DNA of 64,000 nt from Octopus sinensis (taxonomy: Eukaryota). The notes under the pieces were generated by a model that searched no databases, had not been told where the DNA came from, and was given only the letters and a program-made list of their open reading frames with translations. Location of the stretch: the NCBI RefSeq assembly GCF_006345805.1, contig NC_042999.1:10292001-10356000 (forward strand), read 5' to 3'. The translations under genes were made by a program, and so were the position numbers. Below, piece after piece: positions 1-13,870 of the stretch (position 1 is the stretch's first letter; each line of letters starts with the position of its first letter).

Positions 1-1640
1 AGCCCATCGAACGGGCTTCCTTCCCTCATGTCTTAGCACAAGCGCGCTATCTCTGACAACGCAACCTTCGTGCTTCACATTGAAGAATTGATCAAGAGTC
101 AATCTCGCCGCCTGCACATCAGTCGCTGTGCCTCTTCTGAGTGCCACTTCTAGTTTCCCAACTCGGTCTCTAACGCTATTCATTTACAATACCCTAACGC
201 TTCTACCCCAATAGCCCTTTTCAGAGATATCCACCATCAGTTGTTGACGATTGTACTCGACAACTTCCTAAACCGGTCTCTGAAAGCCTGATGCGTCGGG
301 AACCGTTTAGCTTCCAGTATCCGGGCCCCGCCTATGAATCCTATCCAGGTCGACCGTACAGATCGCAAATTTGTGATCTGTGCAGCCGACGACTTTGAAT
401 TGTTAACAACTTCTGCTTCTATCTGCAAGCCTACAAATTACTCTATCCAGAAACTAGCTGGAAGGCCCGATGCTGTTTGCTCATGTCCACATTGGCGCAT
501 TTTAGAAATCCAGTCGGTACCTGTCAGCCAGCTGGAACCGACTGAGTAGATTTGTAAGACTTTTACACCCCTCTCCTATCGTCTAGTTCTACCCTATCTA
601 GATGTGCGTCCAAGATGGCGTTCAAATCGCCCACTAGTACTAAAGAATGAAACGTCCCGAGAAAAACCTCTAAATGTCTGAAGAAATCTGGCTACTCGGC
701 CCTAGTCGGATCGTACACAGTGACTAGTCTAAAAGCACCACCTTCCCCATTACTTTCATCCAGAACCACCAACTTAACCATCCGAGTCCAGGAAAATAGC
801 CCGTACATCGCAATCCAGGCCTTTTCTAAACAGCAGCGCCATCCCGCTTCCCATTTCAAACCGACCAAGAAGCTCTTAGATCTCAAAGTCGTAGAAAATA
901 GGGGCTAGATTGTGTGTCGGAAATGTTGGTCTCGCTGACGGCCGTCACATTCGTAGCTAGTGACCTGAGGTCATTGATCAGACGACCTTGCTTGATCAGA
1001 CGAACATTTATACAACATACTTCTGAATCCGCTACTTATCCACCGGGTACTGCTGAAAGTTAGGTGTTTTAACTTCCATATCTTGCTGAGATTCCTTTGG
1101 AAACACCTTTAAAAGTCTACTTGTGGTTTTTATATTAGGGATTCCCACGTCGTGAGGGAAATTCTCCCCAACGTTTTATATATTTCCAGCGGCATATTCA
1201 CCATCATCTGTGTTTCTGGCACTTGAACGGTGCTGGTGCCGAAAATTTCACCCTCTCTTTCGATGTCCTTCCTTCGGGCTACGAGGACCATCAATTCTTT
1301 GTTGGCCCTCCTCACAAGCACGAAGTTTTGTGTTTAGGTGGTTGTTTGTTGTTGGGGGTGTTTCCTTTTCGAGCGTTGTTGCGGTCGTGGTAGGGTTGGC
1401 GGAGCTGGTTGTGACAGTGGTGAATGTGTTGACGATTGTGGCGCTGGAGAGATTGGTTTCGCTGGAGGTGTGTCTGTGTTTGTTGCAGGTGTGTTATCTA
1501 TGTTTTTTTTTGGGGGGGGGGATGTTTATTGTGTTTTGTTTTCAGCCATTTTGGTTTTGGGGGTTCTCCATCATTTTCACTCGGTGATGCAGATGTTTCA
1601 GCATTCGTGGAATCCGAGTGAGAGTCTATGGCTGTATTTG
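1..1640 (-). mobile_element. Tx1/L1-clade LINE, 5' part (ORF1 C-terminus plus ORF2 APE endonuclease), decayed, runs off the left edge
   Basis: Minus-strand translations give APE motifs: CINVRL..INDLRS..AVSET (~1020-930), VVLD...GGAFRLVTVYDP (~790-700), FLDRVICR...TDHKF...GPGYWKLN (~450-310), then LTLDQFFNVKHEGCVVR. A P/T/Q-rich ORF1 tail ending ..LVARRK lies at 1130-1640. Many stops. Confidence 0.8.
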
Positions 1641-1740
1641 ACTTTAGAGGAGACAAATAGAGAGGGGAAGAGGGAGTGCTTCAGTGGGAGAACCGCTAAA
1701 TGTTGTGTGTATCCGTTATCATTCTTTCTACTGTTGAAGG

Positions 1741-1995
1741 ATGTTGTTGTTGTTGTTTAACAACTACCGGCTGGATAGTTGGTTAGTGCTGCTCCTCAAT
1801 CACCACCTGCTTCTCCGCCATCTCTCCCGCACCTTGAGTGCCAGTCTGGGCTCCTTCGCAATCGCCTCGGGGTCCGTCAGCTGATCGCGGATCCAAGGAT
1901 GGATAGCTGGGCACTCCAACATCACGTGTTCTCCCGTTTCTTCATACATTTTGCAATTGCGGCAAATAGATACCTCAATTCTTCCAATCTTGCGG
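1741..1995 (-). mobile_element. 5'-truncated LINE 3' fragment with C-terminal CCHC zinc knuckle and (AAC)n tail
   Basis: Minus frame reads FRKIGRIEVSICRNCKMYEETGEHVMLECPAIHPW (CX2CX8HX4C), then a stop and an (AAC)n tail at ~1741-1757. Clade not assignable. Confidence 0.6.
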
Positions 1996-2149
1996 AAGAA
2001 TTGAGGAATCTATTTGCCGCAATTGCTATTGAAGGTGGTGGTGCTGGTGGTATGGTAGTAGGTTTATAGTGGTATGGTAGTACCCTGACAGTGATGCGAT
2101 AGTGGTAGTGGTACTAGTTTGTAAAAGTGGTGTTATATATAAATATGTA

Positions 2150-2560
2150 TATGCTGGTATGGTGGTGGTGGTGGTAGTGCATCTGCTGCTGTTGCTGTTG
2201 CTCTTCCAGCATTTGCTGCTGATGTTGCCGGGATTGGTGTCGCTTTTGTTGCTGATCGCTGTTGGTTTGGTTGCTGTGGATTTTGGGCCCTGGAGTTGGC
2301 AGTAAGAGGGTCCTACGATTCCTTGTCTTCTGTTGAGGGCAAAAAGCATTCAAGTTGGCCGGCCCCCTCACACAGATAACCCCCGAGGCCTCTTACCCTC
2401 TACTGTAACATGTAGCTCTTTCCCTCCCAGAATCAGGTCTGGGATCTTGTGGATCGCGTTTGGATTGGTGTGGTGTGGCCAATCCACACTCGTCACAGAT
2501 CAGTCTTCATGGCGGATTCGCTTCAGTGATCAAGGATTTCAGGTATAAAACTCAAACATT
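2150..2560 (-). mobile_element. Tx1-like ORF1 (gag-like zinc knuckle) relic
   Basis: Minus frame IPDLILGGKELHVTVEGKRPRGYLCEGAGQLECF is a degenerate GRRPRCxxCxxxGH knuckle, followed by a Q/T-rich low-complexity stretch. Confidence 0.5.
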
Positions 2561-2574
2561 CATCGTCGAAAACA

Positions 2575-2912
2575 CTTGTGTGTGTTGGTGTGTGTGTGTT
2601 GGTGTGACAGTAAACGTGTCTTTCTGCTTTGTATGTTTATACGTTGTGAAGCTGTGATTAGATGTGTGCGTGCGCGAGTTTACATGTTTATACGTCTGTA
2701 CGTGTTTGTGTATGTGTGAGCATGTCTGTGCCTTTGTGCCTGTGTGTTTCTGTATGTGTGTATGTATGTACTTGCGTGTGTGTATATATATATATACATA
2801 TGTTTTAAAATATACGTGCTTGGGTTTACGCGTGGAAATACATGTATATATGAACACGCATATGCATACAAATATATACACGCACACACACACACACACA
2901 CACCACACACAC
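2575..2912. repeat. Compound (TG)n/(TA)n/(CA)n microsatellite
   Basis: Seen directly in the sequence. Confidence 0.9.
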
Positions 2913-3371
2913 AATCAGAAATAATCGAAAAAATTAAAATGATTATTGCAATAACTTAATCAGGCATTTTGACTTGTAATTTACTGTTTAATTATACTGT
3001 GGCCCAATCTATAACACCAGCACCAGCACCGCACCTGCATATACATATTCATATATAGTACCACTTTTACAAACTAGTACCACTACCACCACCACATCAC
3101 CGTACCATACCACTACAAACCTCTTTCATACTGTTAAAATACAACCAAATTATCATTACCACACCACCGTTATCATCATGCTACTACTACTGCAGCCATA
3201 CCAATACCATACTCCCAGCATACCAGCACCAACATAATACTACCATACCATCACCACAATACTACTATAAAAGTACTGCAGCACAACTATAAAACACCAA
3301 ACCGTAACAATAAACCATTACACCCATAACACCGCATTGCCGTCCCAATTATGGCACTCACCATTATACCT

Positions 3372-3510
3372 ATTTCTTTATTACCCACAAGGGGCTAAAC
3401 ACAGAGGGGACAAACAAGGACAGACATAGGTATTAAGTCGATTACATCGACCCCAGTGCGTAACTGGTACTTAATTTATCGACCTCGAAAGGATGAAAGG
3501 CAAAGTCGAC
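3372..3510 (-). mobile_element. SINE family A, 3' portion with Tx1-like tail
   Basis: Matches 25530-25752 and 43335-43500 (tttctttattacccacaaggggctaaacacagag...ggatgaaaggcaaagtcgac). Confidence 0.9.
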
Positions 3511-3884
3511 CACCATGTCACATAGGGGCCAATGCAATATCATTAATATCACCCCACCAAGCTTTAATAACACCACCACCAACCCGTGCCATTTTCATAC
3601 CACTCACCATAACACCACTACACTTCAATCATATCACTCACCGTACAGCTTCCACACCACCGCCATAGGAAGAACCTGCGCCAAGACTCGGCTCCCCCAT
3701 GGTATCTATTTGCGGCTTGTTGAAGTGAGCCATTACTACCATGTTCGATGTGTGTGAAGTGACCACACAAGTGGCGTCTAGATTCTACTCTGTTACAGCT
3801 GACAGGTCAATATCCTATTAGACTCTTAGATCAACGGCCGCCGGCAGCGGGCACTCCATCAAACTAATGAATGAGATCTCCCTC

Positions 3885-3903
3885 TCTCTCTATCTATCCA
3901 GCC

Positions 3904-3934
<31 letters not shown>

Positions 3935-4068
3935 CATCCATCCATCTATCTATCTATCCATCTATCTCTTTATCTCTTCATCTCTCTCTCCATCGATCTA
4001 TCTATCTTTCTCTCTATCTATCTATCTCTATCTATCTATCTCACTCTCTCTCCTTCTCTCTCTCTCTA

Positions 4069-4114
<46 letters not shown>

Positions 4115-4125
4115 CATATATATCT
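3885..4125. repeat. (ATCT)n/(CT)n microsatellite
   Basis: Seen directly in the sequence. Confidence 0.95.
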
Positions 4126-4289
4126 TTCTTTCAAAGAAACTTCAATGAATCCGCAATTCAAAAGCAAATAGGACATTTAGATAAAAGCAAAGTTAAAACA
4201 ATGCTTTATTCTCTTTCTCTCTTTCGCTCTCTCTTTCTCTTTCACTCTCTCTCTCTCTCTCCACAGACACATACACACAACATATATAT

Positions 4290-5005
4290 ATACATATATA
4301 CTTATGCATGCAATGCATGTAATTGAGTATATGCATGTATGGATGTATGTGTATATGTGTAGGTGTATGTATGAGTGCGTGTTATATATGCATGTGTATG
4401 TGTGTATGTATGTGTGTGTATGTATGTATGTGTATGTATATGTATGTATGTATGTGTGTGTGTGTGTATGTGTATGTATGTGCTTGTATGTATGTATGTG
4501 TGTATGTATGTTTATATGTATGTGTGTATGTATGCGTGTATGTATGCGTGTATGTATGTGTGTATGTATGTGTGTATGTATGTGTGTATGTATGTATGTA
4601 TATGTATGTGTATATATATATGTGTATATGTATGTGTATCTGTACGTGTGTGTGTTGTATGTATGTATGTATGTATGTATGTGTATATGTATGTATGTTT
4701 GCATGTGTGTATATATGTGTATGTGTGTATGTAAATGTATATATATATATGTGTGTGTGTATGTACGTGTATATGTACGTGTGTGCGTTATATATTTATG
4801 TGTATATATATGTGTATGTATGTATGTTTGTGTATATGTGTATATATATATATATATGTATGTATGTTTGTGTATATGTACGTGTGTGTGTGTTATATAT
4901 GTATGTGTATATTATATATGTGTGTGTATGTGTGTATGTATGTGTGTATGTATGTATATGTATGTGTATATATGTATATGTGTGTGTGTGTATGTGTGTA
5001 TGAGT
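4290..5005. repeat. (TATG)n/(TG)n compound microsatellite
   Basis: Seen directly; explains the MYVC-type ORFs here. Confidence 0.95.
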
Positions 5006-5311
5006 GTAAATTTATTATTTCAGTTTAATTTTTGAGGACAAAAATAGAGAAATATTTTGATTGTGAATTATTACGGGTCATTGGACTTCGCACTTTGATT
5101 CTCTTGTTATTGTGTTTTGCACATGTATGGCAAAAGACAATCCATTCATGAGCGACCCGCCTCAATGTACGTCGAGGAATACAATGTCTGTCGAATGTAT
5201 AAAGAGAGGGAATTTGGTCGATATTTCTAGCAGGCCCAGTGTCCGTGTAGAGGGCCCCGTGTTGGATCCTGTTGTTATTCATGTAAGTGGTGGTGGTGTT
5301 GAGTGTGTATT

Positions 5312-5367
<56 letters not shown>

Positions 5368-5972
5368 GTGCCATTTATTTACTTTTATATGTATAATTTT
5401 ACCCTCACGGGCTATCCTTTACTGGAAAGCAATACTCTCGTATTGCATTACTATTTTCATATATATATATATATAAATATATATATATATAAATATATAT
5501 ATATACATATATACACATACACACACAGACAGATAGAGAGAGAGAGAGAGAGGGGGAGATCTTCGAATACCATACGATCTCAAATAGGATGCAATGCTCA
5601 CATTCTGTACCGAAAAAAATTATTCTTTGAAATATTTTATGCTTGGTCTTACATTCATTTACTTTGGATGTTTAATGGGTCTCCAAGTTTAGAGCCTGGA
5701 ATTACTGGCCTTCAATTCGTCGCGTTATACACGAATAAATACAGAATAGACGTTTACACATGTAAATACACTGTGTGTGTACATACATATATACATACAT
5801 ATACACACATAAATACATAATTATAAATATATATATATATATATATGACATACGTGTATATATATATCTTGACGAAGATCGAAGGATATTTCGAATGTCC
5901 CGTCCGTTTTTTTTTGTATCGTCTTCTAAATGTTTTGCGTTCTTGTCCAGTTTGTGTTTTTTTACATATACA

Positions 5973-6025
<53 letters not shown>

Positions 6026-6198
6026 TAGTAATGACTTTGAAAGTCCCTCCTAACGTGTGGCATTTATGTGTAATAATGCCCTCTATATAATATAAATAAA
6101 TATTTTCAAGTGAAAAAATTTTCAGATTTTTTCTCTTATGAGGTTTTTCACTACCTGATAATTTCTTGTTAAGATTTCTTATAAAGATTTTATCCTTA

Positions 6199-6267
<69 letters not shown>

Positions 6268-6582
6268 CGTGTGTATATATATACATATCTGTGTGTGATG
6301 TTTGTATATACGTATGTATATGGTGTGACAAAAACAAAACTCGCTCCATTTCATCATTCCTGACAAACATCTCAGCAACAGACCCACAACGTGCACCAGT
6401 TCAAACCAGGACGGGAAGCAAAAACCAAACAGTAAAACATTATCTCCACGAGGACAACATCACCCCCCCCACCACCACCACCCCGCCAAACTTCACTTGT
6501 GCCACATTAACGACGGTGTAGAAGAACATGGGAGGTTTTTTTTTCTGCTACCGTCTGCTCTATGATATTATTCGCATGCGTA

Positions 6583-6613
<31 letters not shown>

Positions 6614-6904
6614 ACTCAACTCTCTCTCTCTCTGACTTTTTTTACCAATTCTCACCCTTTTTTCCCGTTTCTCTCCTTCCTTCCTTTCCCTCCCATTTTA
6701 CCAACAATGCTTCGTTGGAATAACTCGGCTGCTGCGCACTAAATATTCCGACGGAGGGGCTGTGACATTGTAACAACAATAATTCCAGGACGTCCTTTAC
6801 ACAAACGCAACGAGACCAGTTCCTTCTTTCATTAACTCGGAATCTTTAAAAGAATTCATCTTCAAAAAAACCATTCCATTCACATTAAAACCTACATACC
6901 AAAT

Positions 6905-7190
6905 TTCGGTATCAGAATTATCATTATCATTATTATCACTATTACTATCATTATTACTATTATTATTATTATCAGTATTACTATTATTATTATTATCATT
7001 ATTACTAGTATTATCATTACTGTTATATTATTATTACTATTATATTATCATCATCATCATCAATATTATTATTATTATTATTATTATTATAATTATTACT
7101 ATTATAACTATTATTATCATCATAATTACTATTATTATTATTATTATCATCATCATTATTACTATTATTATTGTTGTTGTTGTCGTTATG
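6905..7190. repeat. (ATT)n/(ATC)n trinucleotide microsatellite
   Basis: Seen directly in the sequence. Confidence 0.95.
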
Positions 7191-7195
7191 ATTTG

Positions 7196-7877
7196 CAGCA
7201 AGGTGTTTTGCCTGCCTTTGCATTCTGAGTTCAAATTACGCCGAGGTTGGATTTGCCTTTCATCCTGTTGAGGTCGGTAAAATAAATACCAGTCATGTAT
7301 TGGGGTCAATGTGCTCGACTAACCCCTCTCCCCCAAAATTTCAGGCCTTGTCCCTATCATAGAAAGGATTATTATTATTATTATTATTATTACTGAGGGC
7401 GGTAAGGTGGCAGAATCGTTAGCGCGTCAGACAAATACTCAGCGGCACCTCTTTCGGTTCTTTACATTCTGAGTTCAAATTCAGCCAAGGTCATCTTCTC
7501 GGGCCAATAAAATCAAGTACCAGTCATGCGCTGGAGTCGACGGCATCGACTTAACTCCTCCTTCAAATTGCTGGCGTTGTGCTAAAATTTGAAACAATTA
7601 TTAAGAAAAGGCGGCGTGCTGGCAAAATCGTTAGAGCATCGGACGAAATGTTCAGCACCTTTACTTCCTACTCTTTACGTTCTGAGCTCAAATTCTGCCG
7701 AGGCTAACTTTAAATTTCATTGTTTCGGGCGATAAATAAAGTCCCATTCATTGACTCCACTCCACCCTCTAAAAATGCCGACCGAAAGTTAGAAAGGATT
7801 ATTATTATTATTAATTATTAATTTTTATTATATTATTAATTATTATTATTAATTATTATTAATATTATTATTAATTA

Positions 7878-7909
<32 letters not shown>

Positions 7910-8196
7910 ATTAATTAATTATTATTATTATTATTATTTATTATTTACTATTATTATTATTATTTTTATTATTATTATTATTATTTTATTTATTATTATT
8001 ATTATTATTAAGGTGGTGAGCTGGCAGAATCGTTAGCACGCCAGGCAAAATGCTTAGCGGCATTTCATCCGTCTTTATGTTCTGAGTTCAAATTACACTG
8101 AAGCCGAGTTTGCTTCTCACCCTTTAGGAGTCGGTTAAATGAGTACCAGTTGTACACCTCCGAAGTTACTGGCCTTGTGCCAAAATTTGAAACCAT
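7196..8196 (+). mobile_element. Cluster of four head-to-tail tRNA-derived SINE-A copies with (ATT)n tails
   Basis: Copies start at ~7196, 7396, 7608 and 8011. Each has a Pol III B box (gagttcaaat); the last three also have the A box (tggcagaatcg). Body gtcgactttgcctttcatcc-like; tails ccttgtgcc...gaaa(gg)attatt. Confidence 0.85.
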
Positions 8197-8504
8197 TAAC
8201 GATAATAAGTGATATGGTCCCCTTCATACAGGAGGACCAAATCACTATCTTCCTTTTTTTCTTTATACTATATATATATATATATATGTATTTATACATG
8301 ATGTATATATATATATAAATATATATATATTTATATAAATTTGTATACATACATATATATAATATATATATAAATTTTGTTATACATACATATATAAATA
8401 CATATATATATATTTATATAAATTTGTATACATACATATATAAACACATATATATATATATATAAATTTGTATACATACATATATACATATATATATATA
8501 CATA

Positions 8505-8574
<70 letters not shown>

Positions 8575-8758
8575 CATATACATACATACATATATATACA
8601 TATACATACATACATATATATACATATACATACATACATATATATACATATACATACATACATATATATACATTACATATATATATACATATACATATAC
8701 ATATACTATATATATATACATATATACATATACATATATATATATACATATATATATA

Positions 8759-8791
<33 letters not shown>

Positions 8792-9039
8792 ACATATATA
8801 CATATATATAATACATATACATATACATATATATATATACATATATATATATATACATACTATATACATATATATATATATAATCTATAATATATATACA
8901 TATACATATATAATATATACATATACATATATATATATATAACCCTATATATATTCCTATACATATATATATTAATACATATACATATACATATATACAT
9001 ATACATATATTATACATATATATATATAATACATATACA

Positions 9040-9091
<52 letters not shown>

Positions 9092-9155
9092 CATAGATAA
9101 TATATATAGTATACATATAACATATATATATATATATAATACATATATATTATAC

Positions 9156-9191
<36 letters not shown>

Positions 9192-9336
9192 TATATACTA
9201 ATATATATATATACATATATATACAATATATATATATACATATATATAGTATATATATATAATGTATATATATATATATATGGTATATATATATATATAT
9301 GTATATATATATTATGTATATATATATGGATATATA

Positions 9337-9367
<31 letters not shown>

Positions 9368-9387
9368 ATATATGTATATTATATATG

Positions 9388-9418
<31 letters not shown>

Positions 9419-10697
9419 GTATATATATAGTATATGTATATTAATATATATGTATATATATATATTGTATATATATATATATATTTATAGATATAATATA
9501 TATGTATATATATAATATGTATATATATATATTATATGTATATATATATATGTATATGTATATATATATATGTATATATATATATATGTAATATGTATAT
9601 ATATATAATGTATATATATATATGTATATATATATATGTATTTATATTGATGTATACAAATTTATATAAATATATATATATATGTATTTATATATGTATG
9701 TATAACAAATTTATAAATATTATATATATGTTATTTATATATGTATGTATACAAATTTATATAAATATATAATATATATGTATTTATATATGTATGTATA
9801 CAAATTTATATAAATATATATATATATTTATATATATATATACATACATGTATAAATACATATATATATATATATATAGTATAAAGAAAAAAAGGAAGAT
9901 AGTGATTTGGTCCTCCTGTATGAAGGGGACCATATCACTTATTATCATTAATGGTTTCAAATTTTGGCACAAGGCCAGTAACTTCGGAGGTGTACAACTG
10001 GTACTCATTTAACCGACTCCTAAAGGGTGAGAAGCAAACTCGGCTTCAGTGTAATTTGAACTCAGAACATAAAGACGGATAAAATGCCGCTAAGCATTTT
10101 GCCTGGCGTGCTAACGATTCTGCCAGCTCACCACCTTAATAATAATAATAATAATAAATAATAATAATAAATAATAATAATAATAAATAATAATAATAGT
10201 AAATAATAATAATAATAATAAATAATAATAATTAATAATTAATAATAATAATTAATAATAATAATAATAAATAATAATTAATAATAATATTAATAATAAT
10301 TAATAATAATAATTAATAATAATAATAATAAATAATAATTAATAATAATAATAATCCTTTCTAACTTTCGGTCGGCAATTTTTAGAGGGTGGAGTGAGTC
10401 AATGAATGGGACTTTATTTTATCGACCCCGAAACAATGAAATTTAAAGTTAGCCTCGGCAGAATTTGAGCTCAGAACGTAAAGAGTAGGAAGTAAAGGTG
10501 CTGAGCATTTCGTCCGATGCTCTAACGATTTTGCCAGCACGCCACCTTTTCTTAATAATTGTTTCAAATTTTAGCACAACGCCAGCAATTTGAAGGAGGA
10601 GTTAAGTCGATGCCGTCGACTCCAGCGCATGACTGGTACTTGATTTTATTGGCCCGAGAAGATGACCTTGGCTGAATTTGAACTCAGAATGTAAAGA
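7459..10697. repeat. ~3.2-kb inverted duplication (palindrome), apex ~9250 inside a TA-rich tract
   Basis: 7459-8330 is the reverse complement of ~9830-10697, apart from a few substitutions and indels. Microsatellite polarity flips from (TACA) to (TATG) near 9250. Confidence 0.95.
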
Positions 10698-10704
10698 TGT
10701 AAAG

Positions 10705-10736
10705 AATATATATATACATATATATATAGTATATAT

Positions 10737-10775
<39 letters not shown>

Positions 10776-10954
10776 CATAAAAAATAAGGTGATAAAATCA
10801 AAATAAGCAACAAAGATATCCAGAGGTATATGGTATGGAATAGTACCGTACTAAATTCTGGTGCCTTAACTTAAGTACCATATTCATCTGAATCTAAATT
10901 TGTACATCATATATATATATATTATATATATATATTATATTTATATATATATTA

Positions 10955-10987
<33 letters not shown>

Positions 10988-11794
10988 ATACATACATATA
11001 TAAATAAATATATATATATATACACATACATACATATACAAATATATATATACATACATACATATATAAATAAATATATATATATAAATACATATATAAA
11101 TATATATGTATACATACATACATATATAAATAAATATGTATATATACATACATATATAAATAAATATATATATATACATACATATATAAATATATATATA
11201 TACATACATACATATATATAAATTTATATATACATACATACATATATATAAATTTATATAATACATACATACATATATATAAATATATATATACATACAT
11301 ACATATATAAATATATATACATACTACATATATAATATATATACATACATACAATACATATATAAATATATATATACAACATACATAGATATAATATACA
11401 TACATTATTAATATATATATATATATTAGAAATGCATAAATATTATATATATATATACATACATATATTATAATATATATAATACATATATAAATCTATA
11501 TATAATATATACATACATATATAATATAATACAACATATATAAATATATATACAACATACATATATAAATATATATAACATACATACATATAAAATATAT
11601 ATATACAATACATACATATATATAAATATATATATACATACATATAAAATATATATATATACATACATATACAAATATATATAGATATATAATACATATA
11701 CAAATTATAATATATATTATCATACATATACAAATATATATATATATCATACATATATAAATATATATACATACATATATAAAATATATATATA

Positions 11795-11828
<34 letters not shown>

Positions 11829-12130
11829 AATTATATATACCTATATAATATATATATACATACATACACATATAAAATATATATATATATACATTATATA
11901 AATATATAAATATACATACATATATAAATAAATATATATATATATACATACACATATATATATATATATACATACATATATAATATATATATATATATAC
12001 ATACATATATAAATATATAAATATATATATATATATACATACATAAATAAATAAATATATACATACATCATAATAAATATATATATACATACATAAATAA
12101 ATATATATATACATACATATATAAATACAT
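10705..12130. repeat. Degenerate (TA)n/(TACA)n tract
   Basis: Seen directly in the sequence. Confidence 0.95.
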
Positions 12131-13004
12131 TCATACCTATTACAAATCTATGTAATCATTTCATATTTATAACCCCGATACTTTTTCTCTCCTTGTCCTG
12201 TTCCCTTCATCCTTGGCCCCGGTGGCAAATAAAAGAAATCATCATCATCATCATTAGATTGTTATTGTTGTTGTTTTGTTATTGTGAAGTTCTGGAGTCG
12301 ATAATATCGCCGAGTCCCCTCCCCTCGAAATCGCTCTCTTTCTCTCTTAATTAGGAACCATCGTTGTTATTTTTGTTGTTATATAATCCGTGCCAGCTGT
12401 GACCATCCCGTCTTTTTCGTGAAACACATCGTTTACCTGGGAATACATTTATTGAATGTATCCTTCCGTTTAGTCAATAGGCTCTGATTTGAGGAATATT
12501 TAGCTGTTAGTACTAGCATATCGAACGGTGGCGAAGAGGGCCAACACTGCTGGGCCGCATGTAATAATAAAGTATGTTTGCGTAGCGTCACAAGAATGGA
12601 AAATATAAGCGATTCGCATGGTTGACCCCTTTTTATTTTTATAAGATTTGGTTCGGTTGTTTCGTGTTTTTGTATTCGTTTTAAGTTTAAGACTTTTTTT
12701 TGGTAAATCCGCTTTCTACTGGGGCAGCTGGCTCCGACAAACTTTCAATATGTGTATGTGTGTATGTATGTGTATGTATATAGGAATATATAGTGTGTGC
12801 GTGTCAATATGAGCACATATGTCTATATATAATATATATATATATGTATATCTTTATATACATGTTAAGATATTTATACACACTACATACATGTATACAA
12901 TGTCTACGCACACACATGTAGACATTTAATTTATGGCATACACCTACTTGCACACCTGCATATGTATACATATATAATATATACTCAGTGTGTGTGTGAT
13001 GTAC

Positions 13005-13036
<32 letters not shown>

Positions 13037-13312
13037 ACATATATATATGTGTGTGTGTGTGTGTACATATATATATATATGTGTGTGTGTGTGTGCGTAC
13101 AGACAGACAAACGTGTCTACATACATAGCTTATATAAATATATAGTTTATCTATATAATTTATATATGTTGTTTATATATATATATACATATGTGTGTGT
13201 AGAAAGAAAAAAAGAAATAAAGTGAATGCAAACAAGTTTGGCAAACAGTTCCAACATGGCCCCGAACATAAGTTTTAAAAAACTGTAAATTTATAAATAA
13301 ATAGTATATTAC

Positions 13313-13448
13313 CTTGGTACAAATTGCGGCATCTTGAAAGAGTTAAAGGTCTTCTTTCGGCCCTCGATATCAAGGTATCATCGTCTATATCCAAAGACAC
13401 GCTGCTAATGCCGCCATTCGAAGCGCGTTGCTCCACCTGGGTTGCCAT
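13313..13448 (-). CDS. Probable first coding exon of an unidentified host gene (MATQVEQRASNGGISSVSLDIDDDTLISRAERRPLTLSRCRNLYQ, phase 1)
   Basis: Non-repetitive sequence; ATG in strong context (aatATGG); 45 open codons ending at an AG|GTAATA donor; CT-rich leader upstream. No family recognised. Confidence 0.55.
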
Positions 13449-13870
13449 ATTGACGCCACCACATTGAAGAGTTTCAAGAAAGAGAGAGAGAGAGAAGAAC
13501 AGAGAGAAAGTCTTCACCGTTCTTCGAGACTAGAGTAGTGAGGGAGATGATGATGATGATGCTGACAGTTACTGTGGTAACATGGAAAATAATAGACCTG
13601 CCACCACTCGCTGCTTCTTTTCTCTCTCTATCTCTCTCCTTTTACCCCCTCCTTCCAGTTTCTTTCCCCCTCTCTCTCTCTCCCCGTTATTCTTTTCTTC
13701 TTCTGACTGATTGTTTTTTCTCTTCCTCTCTCTCTCTCTCTCTCTCTCCTTCTCTCTTTATTCAAAACCGTTTTATTTTATCTCTCCCTTCCAGCAGCAG
13801 GTTGAAATCGTAAACCGGGTCTCGCTCGCTTTCGACGGAAGCCAGCGACGGCTTCTGATGGTACTTGAAA
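13449..13870 (-). promoter_or_regulatory. Putative 5'UTR/promoter of the MATQ gene
   Basis: CpG-enriched island at 13805-13860 and purine/pyrimidine microsatellites upstream of the ATG. Inference only. Confidence 0.3.

Noticed and set aside
4177-5035. Long ORFs of 175-243 aa (MYVC.., HTHI..), and similar ORFs at 8331-12134, 19209-19737, 31804-32417 and 54796-55119
   Set aside because: They are translations of (TATG)n/(TA)n/(CA)n microsatellites, which lack stop codons in some frames.
5112-5290. Unique island with a cat|gtaagt donor and ORFs on both strands
   Set aside because: No clear acceptor, no recognisable peptide, and it could not be linked to the MATQ exon.
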